From positions 1-29,474 of IMG/VR virus record IMGVR_UViG_3300017708_002001: a stretch of DNA of 29,474 nt. One strand, written 5' to 3'. Positions 1 through 7,379 of this stretch are shown one piece after another. The position numbers were made by a program, and so were the translations under genes. Numbering within the stretch: position 1 is the first letter of the stretch; each line of letters starts with the position of its first letter. Origin of the DNA: a virus. Its lineage: Duplodnaviria > Caudoviricetes. The notes beneath the pieces are model-generated. The model saw only the letters and a list, made by a program, of their open reading frames with translations. It was not told the origin of the DNA and did no database searches.

Positions 1-1712
1 ACACAGTTTGGATATCTTTTTCCAAACATGGTCTTCATACCCTTTTTCTTATATCCTTTCCAACACTTTTCATCAAGCATCTTACTTCCAATTCCTTCAG
101 TTGGTTGTAGTGGTTCTGTTTTGATAATATCTACAGATTCATACTCAAGTGCCTGAAAATCATCTCTCCAATTGGAGAACTCATAACTTTCTTTTTTGGT
201 CTTGTTACCCCAATTCTTGGCACCAACTTTGCGGCACTTGACTAATGCACCAGAAGCATATGCACTTGGCCAGACAGAATAACGGGACTTGACCTTATGA
301 TAACAGGCATCTTTCTTACCCTCATCAACCAGTTCACCTTCTGGTTCATAGGAATTTTTCAAAGCATCACGAACAGTGTTAATTGCACCACCAACGTCTC
401 CACTGGTAGCTTGATCGTAAGCCTTTCCACCAGTGCTTCCACCTCTTCGTCTGCCAATCACTCCACCGAGAGGACCAAACCTATCTTTTCCGACTCTCTC
501 ACCAGTTGTTTGACCAGTTCTGACAGCCACATCTCTACCAGCAGATCTAATTCTATCTAACAGACCTTCAGTCATCTCACCTTCTGGTTCATAATGTGCT
601 TTATCTAATTTAACTCCTGGTTTCAAATTCTTTAATCTCTGCAGTCTTTCTCTTTCAAGATCTTGTGGACTCTTCAAACCTCCATTACCACCCATCTTAA
701 TCATATCCCTAGGACCTGTGCCCCAAGCATCGCGTTCAGCGATAACTTCTTCTTTAACGCCTCTTGCCTTGTTGATGGCATCTTGCATTTTTTGATTTCT
801 AGATTTAACCTTCTCACCAACTTCTCGTGCTTTGTCCATAAGTTTTAATCCAGCAAGTCCTGTACCTATTGCTAAACCTGCACGAATGACATTTGCAGCA
901 CCTTCATCAATAGATTTTGATTCTTCTCTCCAGTTTGAATAAGATTCTGTTTTCACGTTGATTGCCTTCCCTTTTCTATTTGGATTTGGATCTTGACGTT
1001 GCTTTCTATTAAATGCCTTTTTCTCTTCCTTATCATTTAAATTTGCAGCCATTTTGCTGGACCCACACTTAGGTTTGGTCTTTTGTCCTGGTTGCTTTGC
1101 ACAAGGTTTTCCAGCGTATTTCCCACCCAATTGGACCCAACCAGGTTTACCATCACTAGACTTACTCTTACTAAACCAGTCACGCAGAGAAGAATCACCA
1201 CTCTTCGATTCGCTTACTTCTTCTGAACGAATTGTTACACTACCAGATGTTGTTTTTACATCTTTTGCCGCTTTTTTAGCAGCGTCATATCTGACAGCAG
1301 CACCCCTTGCCTGATTTACCATCCTTCGCGCCATATGCTCTGCTTTTTGCTGTTGCGTCATATACTGCTCATCTATTTCTTTACCCCTACAATGGGATTT
1401 CTGAGAGAATCCTTTTGGATTATTGCAATCGATGGATTTTTTGTACTTTGCACTCCACGCTTCAGAGACGCCACCTCCGCCGCCTTCACCACCTCCATCA
1501 GAAGAGGAGCCATCCCCGTTGCCATTGCCATTTGAGTGATTTCCATTTCCATTTCCTCCATTACCATTATTTTTTGTTTCTTCATCGGAATCATCACCTT
1601 TTTCCTTACGAAGATATCCACCTATACCAAGAATATAACCACGAGGTATTTTTTTACACTTTTCATCAGTATTGCAATAGTAATATCCTTTTTTGCAGGA
1701 CTTCTTAGACAT
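1..1712 (-). CDS. Modular basic/acidic polyprotein-like hypothetical protein (partial, at least 570 aa, runs off the left edge); candidate protease-processed capsid-internal protein precursor
   Basis: Hand translation: ATG at 1712-1710 overlaps the gp16 stop (TGATG), and the frame has no stop to position 1 (MSKKSCKKGYYYCNTDEKCKKIPRG...KCWKGYKKKGMKTMFGKRYPNC). It is absent from the ORF track, presumably because it has no stop in the window. Codon usage resembles the neighbouring genes. The coding call is strong; the function is inferred. Confidence 0.9.
   Translation of the reverse strand, partial: MSKKSCKKGYYYCNTDEKCKKIPRGYILGIGGYLRKEKGDDSDEETKNNGNGGNGNGNHSNGNGNGDGSSSDGGGEGGGGGVSEAWSAKYKKSIDCNNPKGFSQKSHCRGKEIDEQYMTQQQKAEHMARRMVNQARGAAVRYDAAKKAAKDVKTTSGSVTIRSEEVSESKSGDSSLRDWFSKSKSSDGKPGWVQLGGKYAGKPCAKQPGQKTKPKCGSSKMAANLNDKEEKKAFNRKQRQDPNPNRKGKAINVKTESYSNWREESKSIDEGAANVIRAGLAIGTGLAGLKLMDKAREVGEKVKSRNQKMQDAINKARGVKEEVIAERDAWGTGPRDMIKMGGNGGLKSPQDLERERLQRLKNLKPGVKLDKAHYEPEGEMTEGLLDRIRSAGRDVAVRTGQTTGERVGKDRFGPLGGVIGRRRGGSTGGKAYDQATSGDVGGAINTVRDALKNSYEPEGELVDEGKKDACYHKVKSRYSVWPSAYASGALVKCRKVGAKNWGNKTKKESYEFSNWRDDFQALEYESVDIIKTEPLQPTEGIGSKMLDEKCWKGYKKKGMKTMFGKRYPNC
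334..350. repeat. 17-bp direct repeat copy 1 (tcaccttctggttcata; part of the YEPEGE linker on the minus strand)
   Basis: Identical to 577-593; offset 243 bp = 81 codons, in frame. Confidence 0.9.
577..593. repeat. 17-bp direct repeat copy 2 (tcaccttctggttcata; part of the YEPEGE linker)
   Basis: Identical to 334-350. Confidence 0.9.
1470..1571 (-). repeat. Low-complexity Gly/Asn/Ser linker (NNGNGGNGNGNHSNGNGNGDGSSSDGGGEGGGGG) within the polyprotein
   Basis: Degenerate AATGGN hexamer and GGN runs read directly in the sequence. Confidence 0.85.
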
Positions 1713-2143
1713 CACTTACTATCAGATTCATTATTATTTAGAAAACCTTGTTTGAGTAACTTTGAAAGTTCTGATGTAGACCCAACAAATAAAGCGTTAT
1801 TTGTTACATTATTTGGTCCTTTACTACCATTATCTTCTTCCAGATCTTTTAACTTTTTCTGAAGATCTGCTAATTTATCTGTAGTATCTGCAACAGATTT
1901 GATTAATTGACCCGCAACTTCATATGCTCTAGGACTTGCACTTTCACCTGCAAGTTCCATAATACCATTTATTGCTTCTTGACCCTTTTCAATCAAAGAA
2001 TATAAGTTTGCTCTTGTATATTCATAATCTTTTTTAATATCATTCTTTTCCACTTTTAGTGGAACAGGTTTTACTGGTTTTGACTCAACAATACTACTTT
2101 CAATATTGAGTGCTTCATCAATAGAATCATAACTATTAGTCAT
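1712..2143 (-). CDS. gp16: Terminase small subunit (T4 gp16-like)
   Basis: 143 aa with DYEYTRANLYSLIEKGQEAI, SPRAYEVAGQLIK and NNALFVGSTSELSKLLK motifs typical of T4-like gp16; follows gp15. Confidence 0.92.
   Translation of the reverse strand: MTNSYDSIDEALNIESSIVESKPVKPVPLKVEKNDIKKDYEYTRANLYSLIEKGQEAINGIMELAGESASPRAYEVAGQLIKSVADTTDKLADLQKKLKDLEEDNGSKGPNNVTNNALFVGSTSELSKLLKQGFLNNNESDSK
1735..1741 (-). promoter_or_regulatory. Putative T4-type late promoter variant (CTAAATA) for the polyprotein gene
   Basis: Minus-strand TTTTCTAAATAATAAT lies inside the 3' end of gp16, about 23 nt upstream of ATG 1712. It matches the TAAATA core of T4-like late promoters. Confidence 0.55.
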
Positions 2144-2148
2144 TGTTA

Positions 2149-2994
2149 TTAGATATCAATTTTACGGGTTGGACTGAATGTCTTGGAATCTGCAAAGAAT
2201 TCAGTTGTTTCTGAGAATCCAAAATCATCACCTGGCATTAAAAGTTTATGGTCTAATTCATCAATTACACCATCATCATTTTTATCAATTTTGGATGTTG
2301 GTGTAACTGTATAACGAACTTCTCTTTTGGCAGTCTTAGTATCTGTACTGGTGTACATATCAACCTGAACCTTACGGATAAGTCCATCACTACTATCAGC
2401 AACAGGACCAAACAGATAAGTTTTTGCTGTAAACTGTAAAGTATGTATCAATGCACGTCTAGTATCAAAATTTCCTTCATAATCATCTTGAAATCCAACA
2501 CTCTCTAAAATAATAGGAATATCTCTTTTTTCCCCAATAGAATCTACCAAATCAATAGTTAAATTGAAGTGTGGTTGAAAATATGGAAGGATTTGTTCTA
2601 ATATTTGTAATGAGTCATCATTTAGTTTTGAAAGAATATTTAATTCAAATCCAATATTATATGGAACTGGCATAAAAACTTTTTTTGCCTTACTACCATC
2701 ATCACAAGTTTTAAACGTTTGAACTAAACTTGATTTTCGGGTAGCGTCATAGTTAATAGATGTCATTTCAAACGACATTCTTGGCATTGTGATTTGAACT
2801 GCTTTGTTCAAATCTGCTTGTTGTGTAATTCTTGCTAAAAACTTTTGACTAGGACCATATGCAAGAGGAACCTTTACTTCACTAAAATTTGTATCGTTTT
2901 CTCCAGCATGGCGAACATGGATATCGTTAAATAATGTTCCAAAACCAATAATTGTTTTTCTAACAATTTCGTGATAATAATAAGTTCCTAACAT
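2149..2994 (-). CDS. gp15: Tail sheath stabilizer / tail terminator (T4 gp15-like)
   Basis: YYYHEIVRKTIIGFGTLFNDI, VPLAYGPSQKFLAR, MPRMSFEM, PVPYNIGFEL and QILEQILPYFQP motifs; gp13-gp14-gp15-gp16 synteny. Confidence 0.93.
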   Translation of the reverse strand: MLGTYYYHEIVRKTIIGFGTLFNDIHVRHAGENDTNFSEVKVPLAYGPSQKFLARITQQADLNKAVQITMPRMSFEMTSINYDATRKSSLVQTFKTCDDGSKAKKVFMPVPYNIGFELNILSKLNDDSLQILEQILPYFQPHFNLTIDLVDSIGEKRDIPIILESVGFQDDYEGNFDTRRALIHTLQFTAKTYLFGPVADSSDGLIRKVQVDMYTSTDTKTAKREVRYTVTPTSKIDKNDDGVIDELDHKLLMPGDDFGFSETTEFFADSKTFSPTRKIDI

Positions 2995-4433
2995 TAAAAC
3001 GTACCAAATGGATTTCTTTCTGTAAAGTCCAATATTTTATCTGCTTGGACTTGGAACTCATCGTTCTCAGTATATTTATCGTATAAGTCTTCGTGTCTAT
3101 ATTCTTGAACTGGGTAGTAAGCTCCAGACTCTTGCCCAACAATGTTTTCTCCTCTTTGGAATCTTGTTTGTGTTTCTCCAATTCCAACGTTGGAAATCTT
3201 AAGGATTTTAGTATCCTGATCCCATTCTTTAACTCTTGCGCGTGTTTGAGATCTTGATCCAACCACCAATTCATTGAATAAGTAAGTTCCAACACCAGCA
3301 AGAGTTTCTGGATCTGCAATAGTTACTTGTGGAGGAGAACTATATCCTCTACCAGCATTTTGAACGTAAATTGACTTAAGAACATTTAAAGTTCCATCAC
3401 GACCGATAGATGTAATACCAACAGCGGTATGTGCAATGCCACTCGCTGATGGAGCAGCAATTGTTACTGATGGTGCAGTTCCATATCCAACACCACCATC
3501 GGTGATCGTAAATCTGATAACACCTTGTCCAGAGGTAACAAGTCTACAAGTAGCAGCAGCACCAGTTCCACCACCACCAGTTATTGTGATTGTTGGTGCA
3601 ACTGTATATCCTGCACCAGCATTGGTAAGAAGAATTCTTTCAAGACCAGTAACTCCTGCTCTTGTTGTTATAAAACCAACAGCGGTTGCATTATCTCCGA
3701 TTTGACCTGTTGGAGAAGATGTAATTCCAATAATAGGTACTGATGTGTAATTTCCTCCATCATTATTTAAGAAAATTTCTTGGATATATCCACTTGAAAC
3801 AGATCCTGAAATTTGTGCAGTTGCAGTTGCTGTTCTACCAATACCAATCAATTGAAGTTGGGTAATGAATCCTTCATCTTGAACTTGAGTATCGATAGTT
3901 TCGATTGTTGTATCGATAACTTCGTCTTCATATTCAAAGAGTTCGCATTTAAGTTGATAAACGTAATTTTTACCTAACTGATAAAATGGATCTTCGTGTT
4001 CGACAAATTTTACTTCAAATAATCTTTGTCCTAAGGGAAAATAAATTAAATCTCCTTCTCTTGGACGAGTTGGAGTTGGCATTATTGAATCTTCAGTGCC
4101 ATCATCCTGACCAGCCATAAATGGAGCAATGAAATCTTCAAACCTTTCTTTTGAAATTGTTAGAATCAGTTCATCACGAATACTGACTCCAAATTTAGTC
4201 ATAATATCACCAGCACCACCATATCCTTCATAGGTGTTTACATATGCTTCTATTGCAAAATTATCATCAAATTTTGAAGTTTGAACTTCTTCCAATACAG
4301 TCTTTTTATTCACATATTTTCTTGGAATATATGTAACTTCAACACCATGCATTGACAGGTGCTCGTTTATTAGATCTTGGACCAATCTTTGTTCAGATGC
4401 AGTCCCTTGTAAAAAGAATGGATTAAGTGCCAT
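2994..4433 (-). CDS. gp14: Neck protein (T4 gp14-like) with an inserted repeat region
   Basis: N-terminal LNPFF..G..SEQRLVQDLINE, RPREGDLIYFP, FEVKFVEHEDPFYQLGK and C-terminal ILDFTERNPFG motifs; TAATG overlaps with gp13 and gp15. Confidence 0.92.
   Translation of the reverse strand: MALNPFFLQGTASEQRLVQDLINEHLSMHGVEVTYIPRKYVNKKTVLEEVQTSKFDDNFAIEAYVNTYEGYGGAGDIMTKFGVSIRDELILTISKERFEDFIAPFMAGQDDGTEDSIMPTPTRPREGDLIYFPLGQRLFEVKFVEHEDPFYQLGKNYVYQLKCELFEYEDEVIDTTIETIDTQVQDEGFITQLQLIGIGRTATATAQISGSVSSGYIQEIFLNNDGGNYTSVPIIGITSSPTGQIGDNATAVGFITTRAGVTGLERILLTNAGAGYTVAPTITITGGGGTGAAATCRLVTSGQGVIRFTITDGGVGYGTAPSVTIAAPSASGIAHTAVGITSIGRDGTLNVLKSIYVQNAGRGYSSPPQVTIADPETLAGVGTYLFNELVVGSRSQTRARVKEWDQDTKILKISNVGIGETQTRFQRGENIVGQESGAYYPVQEYRHEDLYDKYTENDEFQVQADKILDFTERNPFGTF
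3073..3079 (-). promoter_or_regulatory. Possible late promoter (ATAAATA) upstream of gp15
   Basis: Minus-strand GATAAATA inside the 3' end of gp14, about 80 nt before the gp15 start. It could be a chance match in AT-rich coding DNA. Confidence 0.35.
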
Positions 4434-5299
4434 TATCCAATAAAGTCGAGAGGTGGAAGTTCATACTCTGAAGACATACGTGATTTAATATCTGCCAATT
4501 CTTGTTCTGCTTGTTGCAGAATACCATCACCATTCATCTCAAGACCACCTGGAAGTTTTACTCCTCTAAACTTACTTAAGTTTCTACCCCATTGACGTTT
4601 GATCAGAGCAGTCAAAAATGGTTTTATAAAACTATCATTGTAAATTTGAGTAAATGATACAGGATCCAGTGCTCTATAACATTCTAAAATAATAAACTCA
4701 CCTACATTTTGCGAACCCCAATCAATATCTAGATATAATCTATCTTGCCTCTTATTAAATCTTACTTGTTTATCTGGAGTAAGTAGAAAATCAATATCCT
4801 CAAGATAAGTTTTAGTCATTGCATACTGTAACAACTCTACAGAGTTGAAATAATACATGTCATTCAAAAATAATTGATATTTAATACTAAACATTCCACC
4901 AGAAATAGAACTAGTATCAAATTTAAATATCTTTTCTACTCCAATAACCGATTCTGGAACTTGGATATAATTTGAATTCTCATAGAAACTGAAAGTTGTT
5001 GCAGTTCCTACGATTGTTGATTCGCCAGTAGTAACTGTTACTCCTATTCCAGTTTTTGGTGCTACTGTATTTGATCCTGAAGATTCTGCTGCAGTACCTC
5101 TATCAATATCACCTTGTGTTATCTCATATTTGAGATACATTTTTTCCACACCATCAAAATGGCGTTCATTAAAATATTGAATGGCATCATCAACTAGATC
5201 ATCAATTTGATCGTCGTCTACATTAATCTCAAGAACTGGAGCACCAAGTTGACGTAAACAGTAGTCTATGAGTCCTTGTCTAGATGATGGTTTTGCCAT
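4433..5299 (-). CDS. gp13: Neck protein (T4 gp13-like)
   Basis: LIDYCLRQLGAPVLEINVDDDQIDD, ALIKRQWGRNLSKF.GVKLPGG and C-terminal PPLDFIG motifs. Confidence 0.94.
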   Translation of the reverse strand: MAKPSSRQGLIDYCLRQLGAPVLEINVDDDQIDDLVDDAIQYFNERHFDGVEKMYLKYEITQGDIDRGTAAESSGSNTVAPKTGIGVTVTTGESTIVGTATTFSFYENSNYIQVPESVIGVEKIFKFDTSSISGGMFSIKYQLFLNDMYYFNSVELLQYAMTKTYLEDIDFLLTPDKQVRFNKRQDRLYLDIDWGSQNVGEFIILECYRALDPVSFTQIYNDSFIKPFLTALIKRQWGRNLSKFRGVKLPGGLEMNGDGILQQAEQELADIKSRMSSEYELPPLDFIG

Positions 5300-5300
5300 A

Positions 5301-5486
5301 TTAACCTTCTAATTTTGCTTTAAGATCAGCGTTCTCTTCAAGTAGAGATTCTACTTGTTCTTTAAAATCTTGAGACATAGTTGCCAACTTTGCCTCAAGA
5401 AGAACATTTTGATTTGATACCGCTGCTAACTTTGAATTATAAATTTTGATGAGAACGTTAACATCAACTTCACTTTGATTATCCAT
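5301..5486 (-). CDS. Small coiled-coil hypothetical protein (61 aa), possibly a fibre assembly/chaperone factor
   Basis: GAGGT RBS before the ATG; heptad-like NQNVLLEAKLATM...LLEENADLKAKLE; fills the gap between the fibre gene and gp13. Confidence 0.75.
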   Translation of the reverse strand: MDNQSEVDVNVLIKIYNSKLAAVSNQNVLLEAKLATMSQDFKEQVESLLEENADLKAKLEG

Positions 5487-5494
5487 TAATTACC

Positions 5495-7117
5495 TCAGAA
5501 AGTTCCCCCGTCAAGTGTTGAAGTCCAGTGGGGTTTGTTAGTATATATTACGCTAACAGTATTGGGAACTGAAGCAAGATTTGCAATTGCTCCATTAACA
5601 CCTTCTCTCCTAAGATTGTCGGATGTATTAAATGTTCCCTCAACACCAATTACATTAACAGAATTTGCTCCAGTAACAGCAGTTTCAACAACACCATAAG
5701 CACCAGTAGTATCCTGTCTGATGATATCTCCTGCAGACGCAGTAACAGCACTGCCAAGAGCAAGGGTGTTCTTAGTGATAGCAGTCAATATCTGTTTAGA
5801 TGCGACTACAGGCGATGCAACGGCATTTGTGGATCTCTGAAGACCAGTATCATCAAAGTAAACTATACCACCAGTATTGTAATCACCAGATTGATAGTAG
5901 ATACCTTTAATATCTAAGAAACCTTTGGTTCCACTGACAAGACTGCTAGCAATACTTGCATCTGGAACATACGTCCATCTTCTACTGTCATCTGCATGAG
6001 TTCCGTGGTTATCAGCATCAGCAGCACTATTTGCAATAGAACTATCATCAAAACCAAAGAAACCTTCTTTATTATTTGAAGTTCCACTACTTGTGTTGTA
6101 ACTGAAAGATATACCTCTATCAGTATTACTATCGTAAGCGTGAGTAAGTGTTACTTGAGAAGTTGTTGTAATACCAGCAGTACTATTTGCTGACATCGTA
6201 ACAACTTTAGTACCTATATTAAAGGCAGTAATTGATGTTGCACCAGGAATATTTGCGTGAGCAATAATATCACCAGTATTAATACCAACTACAGAGTCTA
6301 AAGTAATTGTATTTGTACCACTGGCATGCTCTGCCATTACTGTTCTGATACTAGTTACATCACCAAGATGTAAAATTGCATCATTTAAAGTTGAAGTTGT
6401 AGAGTTGACAGTTGTTGTAGTACCATCAACTTGTAAATCACCTTTGATGATGACCTTACCTTCATTACTTAATCCATCGGGATATGGATCAATATACAGT
6501 TCATTACCACCACCTGCTCTAGTTGCGATAACATTGGATGAAATACCAATATTACCAACTTCAAGACCATTTGTTATATTGACGTCAGTTTCATAAGTCC
6601 AGGGAGCACCTGTTACCTTAATACTATTATCACCATCTTCATCATATTCAATCTTTGAATCTTTATCATTGCCAAACGTTAAGAAAGTGTCATCGGGAAT
6701 GACAACCTCTCCAGTTCCATTTGGATCGAGAACTATATCTCCATCGGTATCAGTGGATGATAATGTATTTGCATCTAACCTTAAGTTATCTACATTCCAT
6801 TCATCTACCTTAAGTGAAGATGCTCCACCTAAACCCGTATTATTTGCTGGTGCAAGAACTGCAACAACACCATTATCCGAATTTCTCGTATTTGTTACAC
6901 CTTGGATAGCACCTGGGACGTGCTCCATCATTGAGGTGTAATAGAATCCACCTACAGGATTGGCGTTTGTGCCGTCATCTCCTAGGAAAACCCTATCTTT
7001 ATATTGATTTGTTCCTCCGTAACTACCAATACCAGTTACGTATCCAAGTTCACCCCATTGTAAACTGGCTGGTTTGCTAGTACCTGAGGATCTCTTAATC
7101 CTAATAATACTTGCCAT
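5495..7117 (-). CDS. Virion fibre/whisker-like structural protein (540 aa)
   Basis: N-terminal MASIIRIKRSSGT..P..L.WGELGY...VFLGD resembles a fibre N-terminal (Mtd-N-like) domain. It also has IKGDLQVDGTTTTVNST, G/T/S-rich beta composition and C-terminal LDGGTF. It occupies the position of T4 gp12/wac just before gp13. Confidence 0.7.
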   Translation of the reverse strand: MASIIRIKRSSGTSKPASLQWGELGYVTGIGSYGGTNQYKDRVFLGDDGTNANPVGGFYYTSMMEHVPGAIQGVTNTRNSDNGVVAVLAPANNTGLGGASSLKVDEWNVDNLRLDANTLSSTDTDGDIVLDPNGTGEVVIPDDTFLTFGNDKDSKIEYDEDGDNSIKVTGAPWTYETDVNITNGLEVGNIGISSNVIATRAGGGNELYIDPYPDGLSNEGKVIIKGDLQVDGTTTTVNSTTSTLNDAILHLGDVTSIRTVMAEHASGTNTITLDSVVGINTGDIIAHANIPGATSITAFNIGTKVVTMSANSTAGITTTSQVTLTHAYDSNTDRGISFSYNTSSGTSNNKEGFFGFDDSSIANSAADADNHGTHADDSRRWTYVPDASIASSLVSGTKGFLDIKGIYYQSGDYNTGGIVYFDDTGLQRSTNAVASPVVASKQILTAITKNTLALGSAVTASAGDIIRQDTTGAYGVVETAVTGANSVNVIGVEGTFNTSDNLRREGVNGAIANLASVPNTVSVIYTNKPHWTSTLDGGTF

Positions 7118-7118
7118 G

Positions 7119-7346
7119 TCAGAAATTTCCTCCGTTGATGTCTAAATTCTGCGTTGCACCTGGTGTCAGGGTTAAAGTTGCCTCCCATTTTCGGATGCTG
7201 CTGTTGTAAACAAGCACCATACCATTCTGCAAGTTAGAAGCACTAACATCACTGAGTTCTGCCAAAGAAAGACCTTGGGCACCCGCCAATGAAGATATTA
7301 CTTTTACAGCGGGTTGCTGACCTACTCTGACCTTTATTTCAGCCAT
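7119..7346 (-). CDS. Small virion/fibre-associated protein (75 aa)
   Basis: Contains an L.ELSDV....LQNG.VLVYNSS..KW motif common in phage fibre proteins; ends DINGGNF; lies directly downstream of a perfect late promoter. Confidence 0.75.
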   Translation of the reverse strand: MAEIKVRVGQQPAVKVISSLAGAQGLSLAELSDVSASNLQNGMVLVYNSSIRKWEATLTLTPGATQNLDINGGNF

Positions 7347-7371
7347 TTATATACAATTCAGGATGTAAATA

Positions 7372-7379
7372 TATTTATA
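7372..7379 (-). promoter_or_regulatory. T4 late promoter TATAAATA
   Basis: Exact consensus on the minus strand (plus-strand tatttata), about 26 nt upstream of ATG 7346; overlaps the TAA of the NblA-like gene. Confidence 0.8.

Noticed and set aside
334-593. CRISPR array or att-site interpretation of the 17-bp repeats
   Set aside because: Only two copies, a 226-bp in-frame coding spacer, and no cas or integrase genes nearby.
1373-1621. 82-aa minus-strand ORF (MDIFVRKK...MEMEITQMAM)
   Set aside because: Off-frame shadow of the Gly/Asn linker of the 1712-to-<1 ORF; the Met/Glu runs come from reading AATGGA repeats in another frame.
297-1862. Six plus-strand ORFs of 61-133 aa, including a His-rich one
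   Set aside because: All are antisense to the polyprotein or gp16, with Phe/Ser/Leu/His-skewed composition expected from reverse-complemented Lys/Glu/Gly codons; no plus-strand expression signals.
5495-7117. Diversity-generating retroelement target (Mtd-N-like N-terminus)
   Set aside because: No reverse transcriptase and no template/variable repeat pair differing at adenines were seen in the window.
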